A stretch of 64,000 bases of DNA from Thermodesulfobacteriota bacterium (GCA_041572575.1 JBFFSH010000001.1:1-64000); one strand, 5' to 3'. Positions 9,049 through 19,522 are shown, numbered from the stretch's first letter. Notes: generated by a model from the letters alone, not told the origin. Made by a program: numbers and translations.

Positions 9049-10792
9049 TAATTTTAAGCTCAGTACGCTCTACCTTGGTTTTTAGTTTGTCCGCAATTTC
9101 TTCATTTACACCGTCTGCTATTTCAAACCCCTTCTTATAGTAATCCAAAGCCTTAATAAGCTCGCCCTTATCGGTATATACATCGCCGATGTGCTCCATA
9201 ACCTCAGGGTCGTTTGATGTAAGCCTTGCAGCCGTAAGCAATAGCTCCAGCGCTTTATTCAGCTTACCTTTTTTATAGTAAATCCAACCAAGACTGTCTA
9301 TTATGTATCCTTTATTAGGTGAAAGCTCCAGAGCCTTTTTTACGAGCATCTCTGCCTCGTCAAGATTCTTTCCCATCTCGGCATATGAATAACCTACGAA
9401 ATTAAGCGCATCAACGTGCTCCGGATTATTCTTGATTATTTCTTTCATAGTAGAAATGGATTTCTGTTCTTCTCCGCCAAGATAGTATGTAACACCCAGC
9501 GAATAAACTATTTCTTCACTATCTGGATGATTTTCCAGATAATCTTTATAATGTAATATAGCTTTTTTGTATTCTTTATTTTTCCTATACAGATTTCCAA
9601 GATAATTGGCTATGGGTTCATTATCAGTATTCGATGCATATGCCTGTTCTATTATTTCAATTGACTTATCAACATCTCCCTGTTTCTCATACAGATATGA
9701 TTTTTGTATAAGCACATCGTTATATAATTTTGATTCAGCACTTATGGAATTAAGTAAATCGAGTGCCTGCTCGAAGTTATCGGTTTCTACATAACTTAGT
9801 GCAAGATAATATTTAGCCCTTTCATTTTCAGGGTCACCAAGCAGTATCAATTTAAGATCCTCAATGGCTTTTTCATATTTTTTACTGTCAATATACAGCA
9901 GTACCAGCCTTAGTTTTAAATCGGTGTTGTCGGTATCGAGTTTCTCGGCTATCTCGTATTGCTTTGAAGCATCTGATTTCCTGTTTGTTCTGTAAAGGAA
10001 ATTTCCATAACGCATAAACACATTGATATTGTTTGGAAACTTGCTTACCATATGCCTGTAAAGCCCTTCCGATTCAGTAAGCTTACCTCTTTTTTCATAA
10101 ATCAGTGCAAGATCAATAAGGGCCGATACATAGTCGGGGTTAAGATCAACAGCACGCCTGAAGTTCTTTTCAGCTTTTTCAAGCTGGTTTGTCTGAAAAT
10201 AAATCCTTCCCAAAAAATAGTAACCCCTCTCGTCCCTTGGGGAAAGCTGTACAAATTTTTTGAAATGATCTATAGCCTGATCATAGTTTTTTTGCTCGGA
10301 CTGAATTATTCCCAAAAACATATGGGTCTCTGAATCCTTAGGATCATACTCGGCTGATTTATTTAGTTTTTCCAAAGCTTCACGCCTTTTTGCGGGGTCT
10401 GTGGACGATGCGTAGATCCTACCGAGTATTTTATGCGAGGGTTCATAGTCTGGATTTAGCTGAATGCTTTCTTCAAGCATAATTAATGCTTCAGTAAAAC
10501 GGTTCAGGGTCATAAGAACTATTGCAAGATTGTATTTAAGCGGTGCTGATTCGGTATCTATCTGCTCGGCAATTCTTGCTTCACTAAGCGCTTTTCTAAA
10601 ATCTCTTCTGAAAAAGTGCAGTCTTGAAAGTGTAAAATGGTAATAGGCCTGGTAGTTGCTCTTGGATAGATCTATTTGTTGCTTCTCTTTTTCCCGGGCA
10701 TTTACTTGTGAGACCTGAACTCCTTTTGTTGAGCACGAGGCAAGCATCAATAATATAAGCGGTACCGATAAAACAAGTCTATTTATTTTCAT
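9020..10792 (-). CDS. Tetratricopeptide-repeat lipoprotein
   Basis: Lipobox LASC; many TPRs; ALNFVGYSYA, YIIDSLGWIYY, EHIGDVY. Confidence 0.9.
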   Translation of the reverse strand: MKINRLVLSVPLILLMLASCSTKGVQVSQVNAREKEKQQIDLSKSNYQAYYHFTLSRLHFFRRDFRKALSEARIAEQIDTESAPLKYNLAIVLMTLNRFTEALIMLEESIQLNPDYEPSHKILGRIYASSTDPAKRREALEKLNKSAEYDPKDSETHMFLGIIQSEQKNYDQAIDHFKKFVQLSPRDERGYYFLGRIYFQTNQLEKAEKNFRRAVDLNPDYVSALIDLALIYEKRGKLTESEGLYRHMVSKFPNNINVFMRYGNFLYRTNRKSDASKQYEIAEKLDTDNTDLKLRLVLLYIDSKKYEKAIEDLKLILLGDPENERAKYYLALSYVETDNFEQALDLLNSISAESKLYNDVLIQKSYLYEKQGDVDKSIEIIEQAYASNTDNEPIANYLGNLYRKNKEYKKAILHYKDYLENHPDSEEIVYSLGVTYYLGGEEQKSISTMKEIIKNNPEHVDALNFVGYSYAEMGKNLDEAEMLVKKALELSPNKGYIIDSLGWIYYKKGKLNKALELLLTAARLTSNDPEVMEHIGDVYTDKGELIKALDYYKKGFEIADGVNEEIADKLKTKVERTELKINELKANKAI

Positions 10793-10798
10793 AAGATT

Positions 10799-12220
10799 TT
10801 AAGATGCATCTATTATCTGTAAATTAAGTTTACCCACTAGTTTCATAATCTCCGAACTTCTGCTTATATCACCCTCTAAAAACTTAATGTGCGAAGCATC
10901 TACAGGCAGCTGATTTAATGTAGCATCCACAGAAACCCAATTACCCAAAAATACCTCGTTCCAGGCATGGTAATAAAACTTACCATCCAAGTATACAATA
11001 CCCAATATTATTTTTGTTGGAACATCTATAGCTCTTGAAAGTGCAGCAAAAAGTACAGAGTGTTCATTGCAGTCACCCGTTTTTGTACGCAGGACATCAA
11101 GCGCATTGGGAATACTGATGGTTGGTTTTTTATCCAGGCTGTTATACACCCATGAATTAATTAGCCTTATCTTATCAACCGGGTTTTTGGTCTTGCCTAC
11201 TATATTATTGGAAAGATGTATAATATTTTCATCATCACTCTGAATAAGGTTTGTAGGTTTCAGGTAGTGTTCTGTAATGGATTGTTTATTTGGTATAGAA
11301 TCTAAATCTTTAAATAAGTCTATATTTTCAGTCTTTATAAGGAGCACATCATCCTTTAAGAACTGTCTGTAATTATCATTAAGATTGAAATCACTAAGTG
11401 AACTAAGGCCGGAAATCTTTACCTCCAATCTATCAAGTTTCCTTGGATTATCAATAGTTTTAGATGCAGATATTGCAGTTTTTTCTGTAATATCAACCCT
11501 TGCAAGATTTTGATAGCCAGATAAATCCTCATTTTCCTTTATCGCAACGAGTCCAAGTGAAGATTGGTCCCTAAGAAGCTCCCCTTTATCAGAAATCCAT
11601 ACATTTGATTCAGAATCATTAAAATTAACCTTTATTTTGTGTGCGTTATAACTACCGGTAGATAGATCAATTTTTTCCCTTCCCATAATCTCAATATCGG
11701 CTTTTATATCCTCCAGTTTAGACCCCATCAGGAGCATTGAAGGTTCAAAAATATGTAGATTATATTGTTTGCCGGCTGTAAGATCCTGTTTTACTAACCA
11801 TTTATAAATATAAGAAATTACTACAGGCTCATTAACTATATCCTGAGTAAATTCCGATTGTCCTGATACGGTGGATGTTTGAAATTTTAGCTTCTTCCCG
11901 TATCTTTGGCCTACAGTTTCCAGCTTGAGCCCGACCGAGTTCATTTTGAACTCAAAATTCATTAAATTGCCATTATTTAAGATATATTTTGCAGTAATCT
12001 CCATATCGCTTTCAGCGCCTAGCAGTATCATCTTGAGCTTAGAGTATTCATTTATGGTTAAAATATTTCCGTTATTAGTATATGTTGTCTTATTAAAACC
12101 TACTCTTTTATTATCTGAATAAATTCCTGAAAACTCTGTGGTCTCAGTCTGCTCAGAATGCGCAGCAGAGAAACTTAAGAATAGTCCAAATATTAAAAGT
12201 ACTAACACTGACTTTGTCAT
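10799..12220 (-). CDS. Exported transglutaminase-like domain protein
   Basis: Signal peptide; GDCNEHS, YHAWNEV, WVSVDAT Cys-His-Asp triad. Confidence 0.88.
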   Translation of the reverse strand: MTKSVLVLLIFGLFLSFSAAHSEQTETTEFSGIYSDNKRVGFNKTTYTNNGNILTINEYSKLKMILLGAESDMEITAKYILNNGNLMNFEFKMNSVGLKLETVGQRYGKKLKFQTSTVSGQSEFTQDIVNEPVVISYIYKWLVKQDLTAGKQYNLHIFEPSMLLMGSKLEDIKADIEIMGREKIDLSTGSYNAHKIKVNFNDSESNVWISDKGELLRDQSSLGLVAIKENEDLSGYQNLARVDITEKTAISASKTIDNPRKLDRLEVKISGLSSLSDFNLNDNYRQFLKDDVLLIKTENIDLFKDLDSIPNKQSITEHYLKPTNLIQSDDENIIHLSNNIVGKTKNPVDKIRLINSWVYNSLDKKPTISIPNALDVLRTKTGDCNEHSVLFAALSRAIDVPTKIILGIVYLDGKFYYHAWNEVFLGNWVSVDATLNQLPVDASHIKFLEGDISRSSEIMKLVGKLNLQIIDAS

Positions 12221-12233
12221 AGTTAATTATAAC

Positions 12234-12650
12234 CTACTGTATATCATGTTTATTACTGTCTAGGGCATTTATTATCATAAATACCTTGTTTGACCTTACG
12301 GTAACCTTATCGCCCGTATAAAATGTAATCACAAACTGCAGATCCCCCTTTGCTGTAAAAGGGTAGTCAATATAATTTCTATATATACTCCCATCCTCTA
12401 CAAAAGAAAAGTCTGATACTTTGGAGGGAAAGTCTGGTTCCTGCCCATAAACCACGGCATCCCTTATGATCATTTGAGCATTTTTTTCGTAACTCTTTTC
12501 TATCCCGAAATCGATTTTACCAAAATATTTATGAACATTTAACGAACTGAAAATGACAATTAAATCCTTCTCTTCCAATTTGAATGACTCTATTGTCGAT
12601 TCGGTAACCTCAAAAGCATACTGAAAAAGATCTTCACTTATCTTGTCCAT
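12234..12650 (-). CDS. Hypothetical protein
   Basis: 138-aa ORF 13 nt upstream of transglutaminase gene; no motif recognised. Confidence 0.6.
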   Translation of the reverse strand: MDKISEDLFQYAFEVTESTIESFKLEEKDLIVIFSSLNVHKYFGKIDFGIEKSYEKNAQMIIRDAVVYGQEPDFPSKVSDFSFVEDGSIYRNYIDYPFTAKGDLQFVITFYTGDKVTVRSNKVFMIINALDSNKHDIQ

Positions 12651-12874
12651 GAATATTAATGTTATATCAAACTAATAATCAGAAGATATGTTACGCATCA
12701 AAACTAATACTTATGTCTAAATATATAGTGATCTAGAATAAAATCCATAGCTGATACCGGACATGAAAATAATATTCTATTTTAATTGGCAAGCTACTTA
12801 TTGACATATTGTATTTATATATTATTTTAATATTAAACTATTTAATATCAATGCATTATTGAGTTTAATAAATT

Positions 12875-13327
12875 ATGGCAACTAAATATAAAGGGACAAG
12901 AAGAGAAGTTGGATCGCTAAACGCATTTATTAATCTGCTTAGAGCCGCAGGCTCCATTGAAGGCAGACTTTCCAAAAATCTTGGAGGATCTGATCTTACA
13001 ACAAGTCAGTTCGGAGTGCTCGAAGCACTTTTTCACCTGGGCCCGTTAAACCAGAAGCAGTTAGGAGAAAAAATATTAAAATCAGGAGGCAATATCACCA
13101 AAGTAGTCGATAACCTTGAGAAAAAGGGCCTTGTGACAAGAGAAAAAAATCTGAAGGACAGGCGTTTTTACAACATTGCGCTTACGCAAAAGGGAACAGA
13201 TATTATAAAATCAATATTCCCGTTGCATGTAAAGGAAATAGTAAAAGAATTTAGCATTCTTACAGAAACTGAACTCTCAGAGCTTAGGAAACTAACAAGA
13301 TGTTTAGGCAAACAAAGAAGGGACTAA
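12875..13327 (+). CDS. MarR-family transcriptional regulator
   Basis: LTTSQFGVLEALFHLGPL, GNITKVVDNLEKKGLV, DRR...LT.KG; TTGACA at 12802. Confidence 0.92.
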   Translation: MATKYKGTRREVGSLNAFINLLRAAGSIEGRLSKNLGGSDLTTSQFGVLEALFHLGPLNQKQLGEKILKSGGNITKVVDNLEKKGLVTREKNLKDRRFYNIALTQKGTDIIKSIFPLHVKEIVKEFSILTETELSELRKLTRCLGKQRRD

Positions 13328-13350
13328 ATATTTAATAGGGGGGATTTATC

Positions 13351-14055
13351 ATGATACAGATAAGAAAGGCTGAGGATAGAGGAAGTTCTACTATTGACTG
13401 GCTGGAAAGTTATCACACATTTTCATTTGGACAATATTATGACCCGGACAATATGCAGTTTGGCTATCTAAGAGTAATTAACGAGGACAATATAAAACCC
13501 TCCGGAGGCTTTGGAACTCATCCGCACCGAGACATGGAGATCATTACCGTTATGATAGACGGACAGCTTGCCCACAAAGACAGCATGGGAAACGGATCTG
13601 TTATAAAAAAGGGAGATATTCAAAAAATGACAGCGGGCTCGGGGATTATGCACAGTGAATTTAATGCATCAGACACAAAAGATGCTCATCTGCTTCAGAT
13701 CTGGATTACTCCAAACAAGATGGGGCTTGATCCCGGATATGAGCAGATTTCTTTGGATAACCTTGGTAGTTTTGAACAAATCAAGCTAATAGCTTCAGCA
13801 AACGCAGATACCAAAAAAGGTATAATCAATATTAACCAGAATATCGATCTGTTTATCGGTAATTTGGCAAGCGGTAAAAAAGTCGAATTCATCTCCGTTG
13901 AGTCTAACAAAATATGGGTTCAAATGATAAGCGGAGAATTATCAATTAACAATATAGATATGAAAAGCGGAGACGGTGCTGCTATTACAGATAATTCAAA
14001 ATTAGAGATTAAATCAAAAAAAGAATCACAGTTTTTAATTTTTGAAATGAAATAA
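13351..14055 (+). CDS. Pirin-family protein (YhhW-like)
   Basis: WL.SYHTFSF, LRVINED, HPHRDMEI, HKDSMGN, MTAGSGI.HSE, LQIWI. Confidence 0.93.
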   Translation: MIQIRKAEDRGSSTIDWLESYHTFSFGQYYDPDNMQFGYLRVINEDNIKPSGGFGTHPHRDMEIITVMIDGQLAHKDSMGNGSVIKKGDIQKMTAGSGIMHSEFNASDTKDAHLLQIWITPNKMGLDPGYEQISLDNLGSFEQIKLIASANADTKKGIININQNIDLFIGNLASGKKVEFISVESNKIWVQMISGELSINNIDMKSGDGAAITDNSKLEIKSKKESQFLIFEMK

Positions 14056-14072
14056 TTCAAAGGAGATAGAGC

Positions 14073-14675
14073 ATGAGCAAAATAAACGTATTAGAGCACA
14101 GAATACCGGAATACCCGGTGGATAAATTATTTATCACTCGCTGGTCACCAAGAGCAATGTCTGGTGAAGCAATAACAAAAGAAGAGCTAATGTCACTTTT
14201 TGAGGCTGCAAGGTGGGCACCTTCTGCATTTAATAATCAGTCATGGAGATTTTTGTATTCACTTAAGGGATCAGAAACCTGGGATACATATTTCGGGCTT
14301 CTTGCAGAAGGTAATCAGGCCTGGGTCAACAATGCAGGGGCTTTAGTTTTGATATTATCAAAGACCACATTTGATTATAATGGAAAGCCAACAAAAACCC
14401 ATGCGTTTGATATGGGTGCAGCATGGGGAAGTTTTGCACTACAGGGCTCAGCAAATGGTCTTGTAATTCACGGTATGCAGGGGTTTGATTATGATAGAGC
14501 TAAAACAGAGCTTAAAATACCAGATAGTTATGATATACAGGCAATGGCTGCAGTGGGAAAACCCGGCAATCCCGCAAGCCTTCCGCAAAAATTAAGAGAT
14601 ATGGAAATACCATCGACCAGAAAGAGCTTGAGTGAAATTGCAGTTCAAGATGCATCTCTTTTAATAACTGATTGA
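14073..14675 (+). CDS. Nitroreductase-family protein
   Basis: RWSPRAM, EAARWAPSAFN.Q.WRF, FD.GAAW, HGMQGFD. Confidence 0.92.
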   Translation: MSKINVLEHRIPEYPVDKLFITRWSPRAMSGEAITKEELMSLFEAARWAPSAFNNQSWRFLYSLKGSETWDTYFGLLAEGNQAWVNNAGALVLILSKTTFDYNGKPTKTHAFDMGAAWGSFALQGSANGLVIHGMQGFDYDRAKTELKIPDSYDIQAMAAVGKPGNPASLPQKLRDMEIPSTRKSLSEIAVQDASLLITD

Positions 14676-14710
14676 CACCTGCTAAACTGTTGGGTTCAAT
14701 AATTGCCGCT

Positions 14711-15787
14711 ATGGATTGCCCAACTCTTTCAAACAAGGTCATTAATAATGAAAGGCTAACCGAACAAGACGGCCTGTATATGCTTCAAAACTGCGATATG
14801 CTCCAGCTTGGCGCTCTTGCCAACTGGATGCGTAAGAAGTTTAATCCCGAGGGTTATGTTACCTTCGTGGCTGATACTAACCCTAATTACACAAACGTAT
14901 GTGATACAGAGTGTCTTTTTTGCGCATTCTGGAGACCAGCGGGGGCAAATGATGCTTATACCATGACGGTGGATGAGGTCATTGACTCGATGAGAACCTC
15001 TTTTCATAACGGGGCAACGACGGTGCTGCTTCAGGGCGGGCATAACCCGGAGATAGGGCTTGATTATTATCTCGATATTATAAAGAAATGGAAACAGGAA
15101 ATCCCCGATCTTCACCTGCATGCTTTCTCGGCTCCGGAGATTAGCGCAATAGCCAAGTATTCAGGCATTGAAACAAAAGAAATTCTACAGCAGTTTTGGG
15201 ATGCGGGGCTAAGGACAATCCCCGGTGGTGGAGCAGAGGTTCTTAGCAACAGGACAAGAAAAAAGATAAGCCCACTAAAGATCGATGCCGATCAGTGGAT
15301 GAAGGTCACCAGAGAAGCGCATGAAATAGGCTTTAAAACTACAGCAACGATGATGTTTGGTCATTTTGAAGAGGATGAGGATATTATTGAACATCTGGAG
15401 AGGATTAGGCAGCTTCAGGACGAGTTTGGCAATTTCCTGGCCTTTATTCCGTGGACATTTAAACCAAAGAACACGTTTTTGGAACGGAAACTTCCAAATG
15501 AGATAGGTGGTGAAAGATACCTGCGAGTTTTAGCGCTATGCAGGATTTATCTGGATAATTTTCAGCATGTTCAGGGCTCATGGTTCACTCAGGGCAAAAA
15601 AATGGGTTCAATAACCATGAACTATGGAGCAAGCGACATGGGCGGCACGCTTTACGATGAAAACGTACTCGGCTGCGCAGAGAATAAACTACGTTCTACA
15701 GTTGATGAACTGGTATATATGATAAAAAGCGCCGGATTTAAACCTGCACAAAGAGACACCTTTTATAATATAATAAAAGAGTTTTAA
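14711..15787 (+). CDS. mqnC: Cyclic dehypoxanthinyl futalosine synthase (CofH/MqnC radical SAM)
   Basis: NYTNVC.TEC.FCAF CxxxCxxC, LLQGGHNP, PGGGAE, TATMMFGH, FIPWTF; TTGACA-17-TTCAAT just upstream favours ATG 14711. Confidence 0.85.
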   Translation: MDCPTLSNKVINNERLTEQDGLYMLQNCDMLQLGALANWMRKKFNPEGYVTFVADTNPNYTNVCDTECLFCAFWRPAGANDAYTMTVDEVIDSMRTSFHNGATTVLLQGGHNPEIGLDYYLDIIKKWKQEIPDLHLHAFSAPEISAIAKYSGIETKEILQQFWDAGLRTIPGGGAEVLSNRTRKKISPLKIDADQWMKVTREAHEIGFKTTATMMFGHFEEDEDIIEHLERIRQLQDEFGNFLAFIPWTFKPKNTFLERKLPNEIGGERYLRVLALCRIYLDNFQHVQGSWFTQGKKMGSITMNYGASDMGGTLYDENVLGCAENKLRSTVDELVYMIKSAGFKPAQRDTFYNIIKEF

Positions 15788-15937
15788 TATCTTGCGTATC
15801 CTTTTTCTAACACTCTCAAGCTAAATATCTCAAACTATTAGTTAACAGCCCATTAATCGTGAAATGTTTAACTATATATAACCCTCTTTAGGTTAATGCT
15901 CTTTAACTTCTACTAATCTTGAGATTAAAAACAGATA

Positions 15938-16013
15938 CCGGGAGTTTACCTTGCGGTTTTTTCTATTATAGAAAATTTTAGAGGCTGTCCAAACTTAATA
16001 TTCGAACAGCCTC
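15938..16013. terminator. Hairpins between convergent genes
   Basis: ACCG..CGGT followed by T-run (plus strand) and GAGGCTGT...ACAGCCTC inverted repeat at 15981-16013. Confidence 0.5.
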
Positions 16014-16040
16014 AATATTAACAGTGAATTAATTTATAGA

Positions 16041-16946
16041 TTATTTTTTAATCTTGTCTATCATAGACACGATACTTCTTCTCATCAGTTCAAACGATCT
16101 TGACAGATTACCAATCTCATCATTTCTATTAATTTCTATCCTTTCTTCAATATTACCTCTACTGATAGATTCAGCTTTTCTAGTAATATCTAATATTGGT
16201 GAAATGATGTTCTTTCTTACCTGTAAATTTATAATCACAAAAACAATAAAAAACAATATTGTTACAAATCCTATAATATATAGACTTCTTTTTAATGTAA
16301 TTTCATTAACATCACTAAGTGGCACACCCACAACACTAAGTCCTACTACTTCTCCCATTTTATAGTTATAACCACTTCTATAGCCGTATGCATTAACTAT
16401 CTCGGGCGGCACTGTTTGGGGGGTGTTATGACATTTCATACACCCAGCTTTACTTACACTTGGTCTTGAGGATACTAGATAGTCTTTACCATTAATTACC
16501 CCTTTTTCTGTAATTTCTTTAAGATCTTTATCATCTCTAAACCTCTGCAGCAGTGTTTCTTCAAGCCCTATTGCAGTATTTGCCGAATTCAATGGATTAT
16601 CAGAAGCAATTTTAATGTAGTAGCCTTCCTGTTTTTCCAAAAACCTTCCTGCAACCCTACCCGTTGCCACTGTACTGGATACTGCAGGCGCTAATATTAT
16701 ATTTTTTTCCAGCAATGTGGGTCTTACATCTTCAGCAATATATGTTCTGAGTGATTTAACAAAATCGACTAGGATCGAGAGTTCCTTTTCAGCAGCACTC
16801 TCAGTTTGATTTTTTGTAACTGTATAAATAATCGGAACAGTTGCTATGATAACAAACAGGTATAGAAGAAGAAGTGATATATTGAATTTACTTAATAGAC
16901 TCCCTCTGTATATACCTTGTGTATTTCCAGTTTGATTAGTAGCCAT
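16041..16946 (-). CDS. Heme-c sensor (DUF3365/Tll0287-like) + HAMP membrane protein without output domain
   Basis: Two TM helices flanking domain with SDNPLN..N and CMKCH heme motif; C-terminal HAMP (PI..I...A..IS.GN...RI...RNDEIG.L..SF..M) then stop. Confidence 0.85.
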   Translation of the reverse strand: MATNQTGNTQGIYRGSLLSKFNISLLLLYLFVIIATVPIIYTVTKNQTESAAEKELSILVDFVKSLRTYIAEDVRPTLLEKNIILAPAVSSTVATGRVAGRFLEKQEGYYIKIASDNPLNSANTAIGLEETLLQRFRDDKDLKEITEKGVINGKDYLVSSRPSVSKAGCMKCHNTPQTVPPEIVNAYGYRSGYNYKMGEVVGLSVVGVPLSDVNEITLKRSLYIIGFVTILFFIVFVIINLQVRKNIISPILDITRKAESISRGNIEERIEINRNDEIGNLSRSFELMRRSIVSMIDKIKK

Positions 16947-16972
16947 ATTTACCCTCCATGAATATTAATTTT

Positions 16973-17530
16973 TTATTTTGAATATTTTTTTACCAAGTTA
17001 TTAGCTATATCCAGAAATTTTTTCGAATCAGCTCCATCATTAATATTGCCCGCAAGAAATATCAAAAATTGAGTTAACTGTTCCGATGTTAAACTTTCCC
17101 CTGTAAGTACATTTTGCTTTGTTTCATCAAATATAAATGACGCTGCAGGGCCCAGATAATCTGTAAGAAGCGCTTTAACTTCTTCTGAAAACTTATACAT
17201 ATCAGAAATTTGCAAATCACTATCACTACTTCTAATTTGAGAAATATTTTTATTAATTACCTCATTATCAGAATCTATTAATTTAAGACGGTCCACAATA
17301 GACTGAATCTGAGCAGGGATATCAGATTTAATAAGGTGCTTGCTATCTATGAACCTAAGTGAGAGAAACTCAGTATTGATCAAATCTTCCATAGCCTTAT
17401 TACCCATAAAAGCACCACATCTAAGTCCTACAATTTCACCCTTATCGAAAGAAAGCTGCGCAGACTTGTTATTCGCACATAAAACAATTAGATTTCCAGT
17501 CAGTTTTTTATTAATTATTCCATTTATCAT
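16973..17530 (-). CDS. Hypothetical protein, N-terminal DUF4388/PATAN-like domain
   Basis: LTG.L.V......A.L.F.KGEIV......G..A pattern; C-terminal helical LTDYLGPAA motif. Confidence 0.55.
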   Translation of the reverse strand: MINGIINKKLTGNLIVLCANNKSAQLSFDKGEIVGLRCGAFMGNKAMEDLINTEFLSLRFIDSKHLIKSDIPAQIQSIVDRLKLIDSDNEVINKNISQIRSSDSDLQISDMYKFSEEVKALLTDYLGPAASFIFDETKQNVLTGESLTSEQLTQFLIFLAGNINDGADSKKFLDIANNLVKKYSK

Positions 17531-17585
17531 TTATATCATCTCAACAAATATTGAAGAATATTTTACAACTAATATATTATATAGT

Positions 17586-17602
17586 AGCAAAAACTATGCC
17601 AA
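17586..17602 (-). promoter_or_regulatory. Sigma54 (-24/-12) promoter
   Basis: TTGGCATAGTTTTTGCT (GG-N10-GC) 55 nt upstream of ORF start at 17530. Confidence 0.75.
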
Positions 17603-17893
17603 TAGTCGCATATCGATATTTATTGGGAAAACACTTTAACTAACTGAGATTAAAGGAACTTTTTATTAATTGGATTACAGGGAAAACAAGTTAGGGAAAC
17701 ATTTTCCGATAATAGGGGAATTATCCCCCCATAATTCCCTGAAATAATATAAATTACTGTAATTATTACACTTACAGGCGCTCTGCTCACAATACTTGCC
17801 GTGATTCGCTGCAAATTACAAAGTATCCCCTATTCATTCAAGGTTAGCTGAGAGCACATGAGAACGTAAATTGTCACATATGATTTATAGTAC

Positions 17894-18871
17894 TCATTCA
17901 TCAAAACTTAAAACCACATTGCTTCTTTTATGACCGGTTTCTATGAGTCTGTGAGCCTCAGCTATTTCATGAGGCTTATAGGTCTTGCTAATAGTAGGTT
18001 TAATCACTCCCGACTCGGCAAGCTCTTTGAGAAACGTCATATCCTTTGCCTGTTTGTAAGCAGGCCTTAGACCCGTGGCAGCAAAGATCACTTTTTTGCT
18101 GCCTATTATGGAAGTCCATAGCATCCAAGTGAGATGAGTAAAGGTAAACACAGTTGCAAGGTAGACCCCGCTTTGTTTAAGTATATTCTTACACTTGCAA
18201 TAAGAGCTTTTGCCTACCGTGTCGAAAACAAAATCGTAACTATATGAACCTCTGGTAAAATCCACAGATGTATAGTCGATAACATGATCTGCACCAAGGG
18301 ATTTTACAAAATCCAGGTTTGGGGTGCTGCACACTCCGGTGACCTCTGCGCCAAAGTGTTTTGCAAGCTGCACAGCAGACGACCCAACGCTGCCAGAAGC
18401 TCCGTTTATAAGGATTTTTTGTCCGCTTGTGATTTTTGCCTCATCTCTAAGGAATGGCAGTGCCGTGTTTCCTCCTTCACATACACCGGCAGCTTCAGCA
18501 TAGCTAAGATTGGAAGGCATAAGTGCAAGTGCACCATCCTCGGCTATGGCTATATATTCAGCATGGGCTCCAAAAGCAGCCCCCGGTGCTCCAATGACTT
18601 TGTCACCGATTGTAAAATTCTTAACATCCTTGCCTACAGCTTCAATCTGTCCGGCAAACTCAGTACCCAATATAGTAGTCCTTGGTTTTAAAATTCCAAA
18701 ATAAAGCCGTGCAAAATATGGTTCACCCCTTCTAAATGTACAATCAGCACTGGATACCACCGCCGCATGGACTTTTATAAGCACTTCATTTTCTTTTGGT
18801 ACAGGCTTATCTACTTCTACTATTTTTAAAACTTCCGGCGGTCCATATTGTGTAAATACAATCGCTTTCAT
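17894..18871 (-). CDS. NAD(P)-dependent zinc-free alcohol dehydrogenase / quinone oxidoreductase (MDR family)
   Basis: YGPPEVL, GTEFAG, INGASGSVG, LGAD.VIDY. Confidence 0.9.
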   Translation of the reverse strand: MKAIVFTQYGPPEVLKIVEVDKPVPKENEVLIKVHAAVVSSADCTFRRGEPYFARLYFGILKPRTTILGTEFAGQIEAVGKDVKNFTIGDKVIGAPGAAFGAHAEYIAIAEDGALALMPSNLSYAEAAGVCEGGNTALPFLRDEAKITSGQKILINGASGSVGSSAVQLAKHFGAEVTGVCSTPNLDFVKSLGADHVIDYTSVDFTRGSYSYDFVFDTVGKSSYCKCKNILKQSGVYLATVFTFTHLTWMLWTSIIGSKKVIFAATGLRPAYKQAKDMTFLKELAESGVIKPTISKTYKPHEIAEAHRLIETGHKRSNVVLSFDE

Positions 18872-19347
18872 TTTATTTCCTTAATTTTCTCAATAACAAT
18901 ATCAATTGCAGCACAATCATCCTCTGTTTGTTCTTCTTTAATATTAGTGAAATACCACACCAGGCATGATTTTTGATCAGGTGTTAACATACTTATCCTC
19001 TCATCAAACCATGCTTTTCCACTGATACCAATAATGGGGGATCTGTCCTCGATAACTGCCTGTGAAAAAATCCAGAACATCTGATCTGTAATTGGTGAAC
19101 CGGATTTCAGGTCTTCAATTAGGAATGCCGCTATATAATATTGAAATCCTCTTGCAGTCAGCACCCCTATGCAGTCATGATGATATCTGAGTAGTTGGGA
19201 ATCCAGCTGCTGCCAGGTTTTACCTTTTATAGAATCATAAAAGTCCTCATCCAATCCAAGTGGATGAACCGTGAGGTCATCATCACCCGGATAGGTAATT
19301 TCAGAAAAGGCCTGGGTTATACTGTTTATAAGATAATCTTTTTCCAT
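18868..19347 (-). CDS. Hypothetical protein (DUF6714-like)
   Basis: I..AF....YPGDD and LT..GF.YY..AFL patterns; overlaps next gene by 4 nt. Confidence 0.55.
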   Translation of the reverse strand: MEKDYLINSITQAFSEITYPGDDDLTVHPLGLDEDFYDSIKGKTWQQLDSQLLRYHHDCIGVLTARGFQYYIAAFLIEDLKSGSPITDQMFWIFSQAVIEDRSPIIGISGKAWFDERISMLTPDQKSCLVWYFTNIKEEQTEDDCAAIDIVIEKIKEIK

Positions 19348-19522
19348 CTCTAATGAGACCAAACATAAATATGGATTAATTATATAGAAAACACAAAAAG
19401 AATGGATAATAAAAATAATACAATATTAATTTTCGCTGTACTATCTGTATTATATGGACATCAAGGCGAATTAGTAAGTATTAATTTGCCATTGCATACT
19501 GACAAACAGATCAAACATACAA

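Noticed and set aside
15981..16013. GAGGCTGT...ACAGCCTC as a MITE or IS-end remnant
   Set aside because: Single copy, no target duplication or transposase; a terminator-like hairpin between convergent genes is enough to explain it
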